Positions 42,101 through 46,826 of a stretch of 46,826 nucleotides of DNA are shown here, one piece after another. This stretch comes from Macrostomum lignano. Taxonomy: Eukaryota. Below the pieces are notes generated by a model. It ran no database searches. It saw nothing but the letters and a program-made list of their open reading frames with translations, and had not been told where the DNA came from. The stretch is taken from contig NIVC01004411.1 of assembly GCA_002269645.1 (NCBI GenBank), positions 1-46,826 of the forward strand. The letters are read 5' to 3'. Position numbers and translations under genes: made by a program. How positions within the stretch are numbered: the stretch's first letter is position 1; each line of letters begins with the position of its first letter.

Positions 42101-45100
42101 CCTCACTGACACCCACAGAGCCTCACTGACACCCACAGAGCCTCACTGACACCCACAGAGCCTCACTGACACCCACAGAGCCTCACTGACACCCACAGAG
42201 CCTCACTGACACCCACAGAGCCTCACTGACACCCACAGAGCCTCACTGACACCCACAGAGCCTCACTGACACCCACAGAGCCTCACTGACACCCACAGAG
42301 CCTCACTGACACCCACAGAGCCTCACTGACACCCACAGAGCCTCACTGACACCCACAGAGCCTCACTGACACCCACAGAGCCTCACTGACACCCACAGAG
42401 CCTCACTGACACCCACAGAGCCTCACTGACACCCACAGAGCCTCACTGACACCCACAGAGCCTCACTGACACCCACAGAGCCTCACTGACACCCACAGAG
42501 CCTCACTGACACCCACAGAGCCTCACTGACACCCACAGAGCCTCACTGACACCCACAGAGCCTCACTGACACCCACAGAGCCTCACTGACACCCACAGAG
42601 CCTCACTGACACCCACAGAGCCTCACTGACACCCACAGAGCCTCACTGACACCCACAGAGCCTCACTGACACCCACAGAGCCTCACTGACACCCACAGAG
42701 CCTCACTGACACCCACAGAGCCTCACTGACACCCACAGAGCCTCACTGACACCCACAGAGCCTCACTGACACCCACAGAGCCTCACTGACACCCACAGAG
42801 CCTCACTGACACCCACAGAGCCTCACTGACACCCACAGAGCCTCACTGACACCCACAGAGCCTCACTGACACCCACAGAGCCTCACTGACACCCACAGAG
42901 CCTCACTGACACCCACAGAGCCTCACTGACACCCACAGAGCCTCACTGACACCCACAGAGCCTCACTGACACCCACAGAGCCTCACTGACACCCACAGAG
43001 CCTCACTGACACCCACAGAGCCTCACTGACACCCACAGAGCCTCACTGACACCCACAGAGCCTCACTGACACCCACAGAGCCTCACTGACACCCACAGAG
43101 CCTCACTGACACCCACAGAGCCTCACTGACACCCACAGAGCCTCACTGACACCCACAGAGCCTCACTGACACCCACAGAGCCTCACTGACACCCACAGAG
43201 CCTCACTGACACCCACAGAGCCTCACTGACACCCACAGAGCCTCACTGACACCCACAGAGCCTCACTGACACCCACAGAGCCTCACTGACACCCACAGAG
43301 CCTCACTGACACCCACAGAGCCTCACTGACACCCACAGAGCCTCACTGACACCCACAGAGCCTCACTGACACCCACAGAGCCTCACTGACACCCACAGAG
43401 CCTCACTGACACCCACAGAGCCTCACTGACACCCACAGAGCCTCACTGACACCCACAGAGCCTCACTGACACCCACAGAGCCTCACTGACACCCACAGAG
43501 CCTCACTGACACCCACAGAGCCTCACTGACACCCACAGAGCCTCACTGACACCCACAGAGCCTCACTGACACCCACAGAGCCTCACTGACACCCACAGAG
43601 CCTCACTGACACCCACAGAGCCTCACTGACACCCACAGAGCCTCACTGACACCCACAGAGCCTCACTGACACCCACAGAGCCTCACTGACACCCACAGAG
43701 CCTCACTGACACCCACAGAGCCTCACTGACACCCACAGAGCCTCACTGACACCCACAGAGCCTCACTGACACCCACAGAGCCTCACTGACACCCACAGAG
43801 CCTCACTGACACCCACAGAGCCTCACTGACACCCACAGAGCCTCACTGACACCCACAGAGCCTCACTGACACCCACAGAGCCTCACTGACACCCACAGAG
43901 CCTCACTGACACCCACAGAGCCTCACTGACACCCACAGAGCCTCACTGACACCCACAGAGCCTCACTGACACCCACAGAGCCTCACTGACACCCACAGAG
44001 CCTCACTGACACCCACAGAGCCTCACTGACACCCACAGAGCCTCACTGACACCCACAGAGCCTCACTGACACCCACAGAGCCTCACTGACACCCACAGAG
44101 CCTCACTGACACCCACAGAGCCTCACTGACACCCACAGAGCCTCACTGACACCCACAGAGCCTCACTGACACCCACAGAGCCTCACTGACACCCACAGAG
44201 CCTCACTGACACCCACAGAGCCTCACTGACACCCACAGAGCCTCACTGACACCCACAGAGCCTCACTGACACCCACAGAGCCTCACTGACACCCACAGAG
44301 CCTCACTGACACCCACAGAGCCTCACTGACACCCACAGAGCCTCACTGACACCCACAGAGCCTCACTGACACCCACAGAGCCTCACTGACACCCACAGAG
44401 CCTCACTGACACCCACAGAGCCTCACTGACACCCACAGAGCCTCACTGACACCCACAGAGCCTCACTGACACCCACAGAGCCTCACTGACACCCACAGAG
44501 CCTCACTGACACCCACAGAGCCTCACTGACACCCACAGAGCCTCACTGACACCCACAGAGCCTCACTGACACCCACAGAGCCTCACTGACACCCACAGAG
44601 CCTCACTGACACCCACAGAGCCTCACTGACACCCACAGAGCCTCACTGACACCCACAGAGCCTCACTGACACCCACAGAGCCTCACTGACACCCACAGAG
44701 CCTCACTGACACCCACAGAGCCTCACTGACACCCACAGAGCCTCACTGACACCCACAGAGCCTCACTGACACCCACAGAGCCTCACTGACACCCACAGAG
44801 CCTCACTGACACCCACAGAGCCTCACTGACACCCACAGAGCCTCACTGACACCCACAGAGCCTCACTGACACCCACAGAGCCTCACTGACACCCACAGAG
44901 CCTCACTGACACCCACAGAGCCTCACTGACACCCACAGAGCCTCACTGACACCCACAGAGCCTCACTGACACCCACAGAGCCTCACTGACACCCACAGAG
45001 CCTCACTGACACCCACAGAGCCTCACTGACACCCACAGAGCCTCACTGACACCCACAGAGCCTCACTGACACCCACAGAGCCTCACTGACACCCACAGAG

Positions 45101-46826
45101 CCTCACTGACACCCACAGAGCCTCACTGACACCCACAGAGCCTCACTGACACCCACAGAGCCTCACTGACACCCACAGAGCCTCACTGACACCCACAGAG
45201 CCTCACTGACACCCACAGAGCCTCACTGACACCCACAGAGCCTCACTGACACCCACAGAGCCTCACTGACACCCACAGAGCCTCACTGACACCCACAGAG
45301 CCTCACTGACACCCACAGAGCCTCACTGACACCCACAGAGCCTCACTGACACCCACAGAGCCTCACTGACACCCACAGAGCCTCACTGACACCCACAGAG
45401 CCTCACTGACACCCACAGAGCCTCACTGACACCCACAGAGCCTCACTGACACCCACAGAGCCTCACTGACACCCACAGAGCCTCACTGACACCCACAGAG
45501 CCTCACTGACACCCACAGAGCCTCACTGACACCCACAGAGCCTCACTGACACCCACAGAGCCTCACTGACACCCACAGAGCCTCACTGACACCCACAGAG
45601 CCTCACTGACACCCACAGAGCCTCACTGACACCCACAGAGCCTCACTGACACCCACAGAGCCTCACTGACACCCACAGAGCCTCACTGACACCCACAGAG
45701 CCTCACTGACACCCACAGAGCCTCACTGACACCCACAGAGCCTCACTGACACCCACAGAGCCTCACTGACACCCACAGAGCCTCACTGACACCCACAGAG
45801 CCTCACTGACACCCACAGAGCCTCACTGACACCCACAGAGCCTCACTGACACCCACAGAGCCTCACTGACACCCACAGAGCCTCACTGACACCCACAGAG
45901 CCTCACTGACACCCACAGAGCCTCACTGCACCCACAGAGCCTCACTGACACCCACAGAGCCTCACTGACACCCACAGAGCCTCACTGACACCCACAGAGC
46001 CTCACTGACACCCACAGAGCCTCACTGACACCCACAGAGCCTCACTGACACCCACAGAGCCTCACTGACACCCACAGAGCCTCACTGACACCCACAGAGC
46101 CTCACTGCACCCAGAGCCTCACTGACACCCACAGAGCCTCACTGACACCCACAGAGCCTCACTGACACCCACAGAGCCTCACTGACACCCACAGAGCCTC
46201 ACTGACACCACAGAGCCTCACTGACACCCACAGAGCCTCACTGACACCCACAGAGCCTCACTGACACCCACAGAGCCTCACTGACACCCACAGAGCCTCA
46301 CTGACACCCACAGAGCCTCACTGACACCCACAGAGCCTCACTGACACCCACAGAGCCTCACTGGCACCCACAGAGCCTCACTGACACCCACAGAGCCTCA
46401 CTGACACCCACAGAGCCTCACTGACACCCACAGAGCCTCACTGACACCCACAGAGCCTCACTGACACCCACAGAGCCTCACTGACACCCACAGAGCCTCA
46501 CTGACACCCACAGAGCCTCACTGCACCCACAGAGCCTCACTGCACCCACAGAGCCTCACTGCACCACACAGAGCCTCACTGACACCCACAGAGCCTCACT
46601 GACACCACAGAGCCTCACTGACACCCACAGAGCCTCACTTGACACCCACAGAGCCTCACTGACACCACAGAGCCTCACTGACACCCACAGAGCACTGCAC
46701 ACCACAGAGCCTCACTGACACCCACAGAGCCTCACTGACACCCACAGAGCCTCACTGACACCCACAGAGCCTCACTGACACCCACAGAGCCTCACTGACA
46801 CCCACAGAGCCTCACTGACACCCACA
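27131..46826. repeat. 20-bp satellite (CAGAGCCTCACTGACACCCA)n, about 985 copies, open at the window end
   Basis: Read directly; diverged left edge, near-perfect core, indel-rich last 900 bp. Stops occur in all frames on both strands. Confidence 0.99.

Noticed and set aside
27131-46826. Telomeric repeat or coding repeat
   Set aside because: No TTAGGG-type unit; the 20-bp period puts a TGA in every frame on both strands every 60 nt.

Overview
Eukaryotic (metazoan) genomic DNA: GT-AG introns, GC-rich exons, and introns packed with minisatellites. The style suggests a free-living flatworm such as Macrostomum, but that is inference only. Left to right: (1) the 5' part of a minus-strand DEG/ENaC channel gene. 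Its splice phases chain into an 8-Cys WSC-domain exon; the distal exons carry a stop and two frameshifts, and intron 2 holds a 338-bp MITE with an 8-bp TSD. (2) A full-length but decayed 8.0-kb BEL/Pao LTR retrotransposon (both LTRs, PBS, PPT and TSD visible) with a 1.17-kb LTR-like insertion in gag. (3) An intact 3-exon gene for a secreted PAN-like + fibrinogen-domain protein, whose polyA signal abuts the retrotransposon. (4) An intact 4-exon MCFD2-like EF-hand gene. (5) Head-to-head with it, a globin gene with an N-terminal MGC acylation motif and canonical B12.2/G7.0 introns. No third globin exon was found before (6) a >19.6-kb array of a 20-bp satellite that runs off the window end. About ten unrelated tandem-repeat families sit in introns or intergenic DNA. 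All gene models were assembled by hand from the sequence; no database searches were run.
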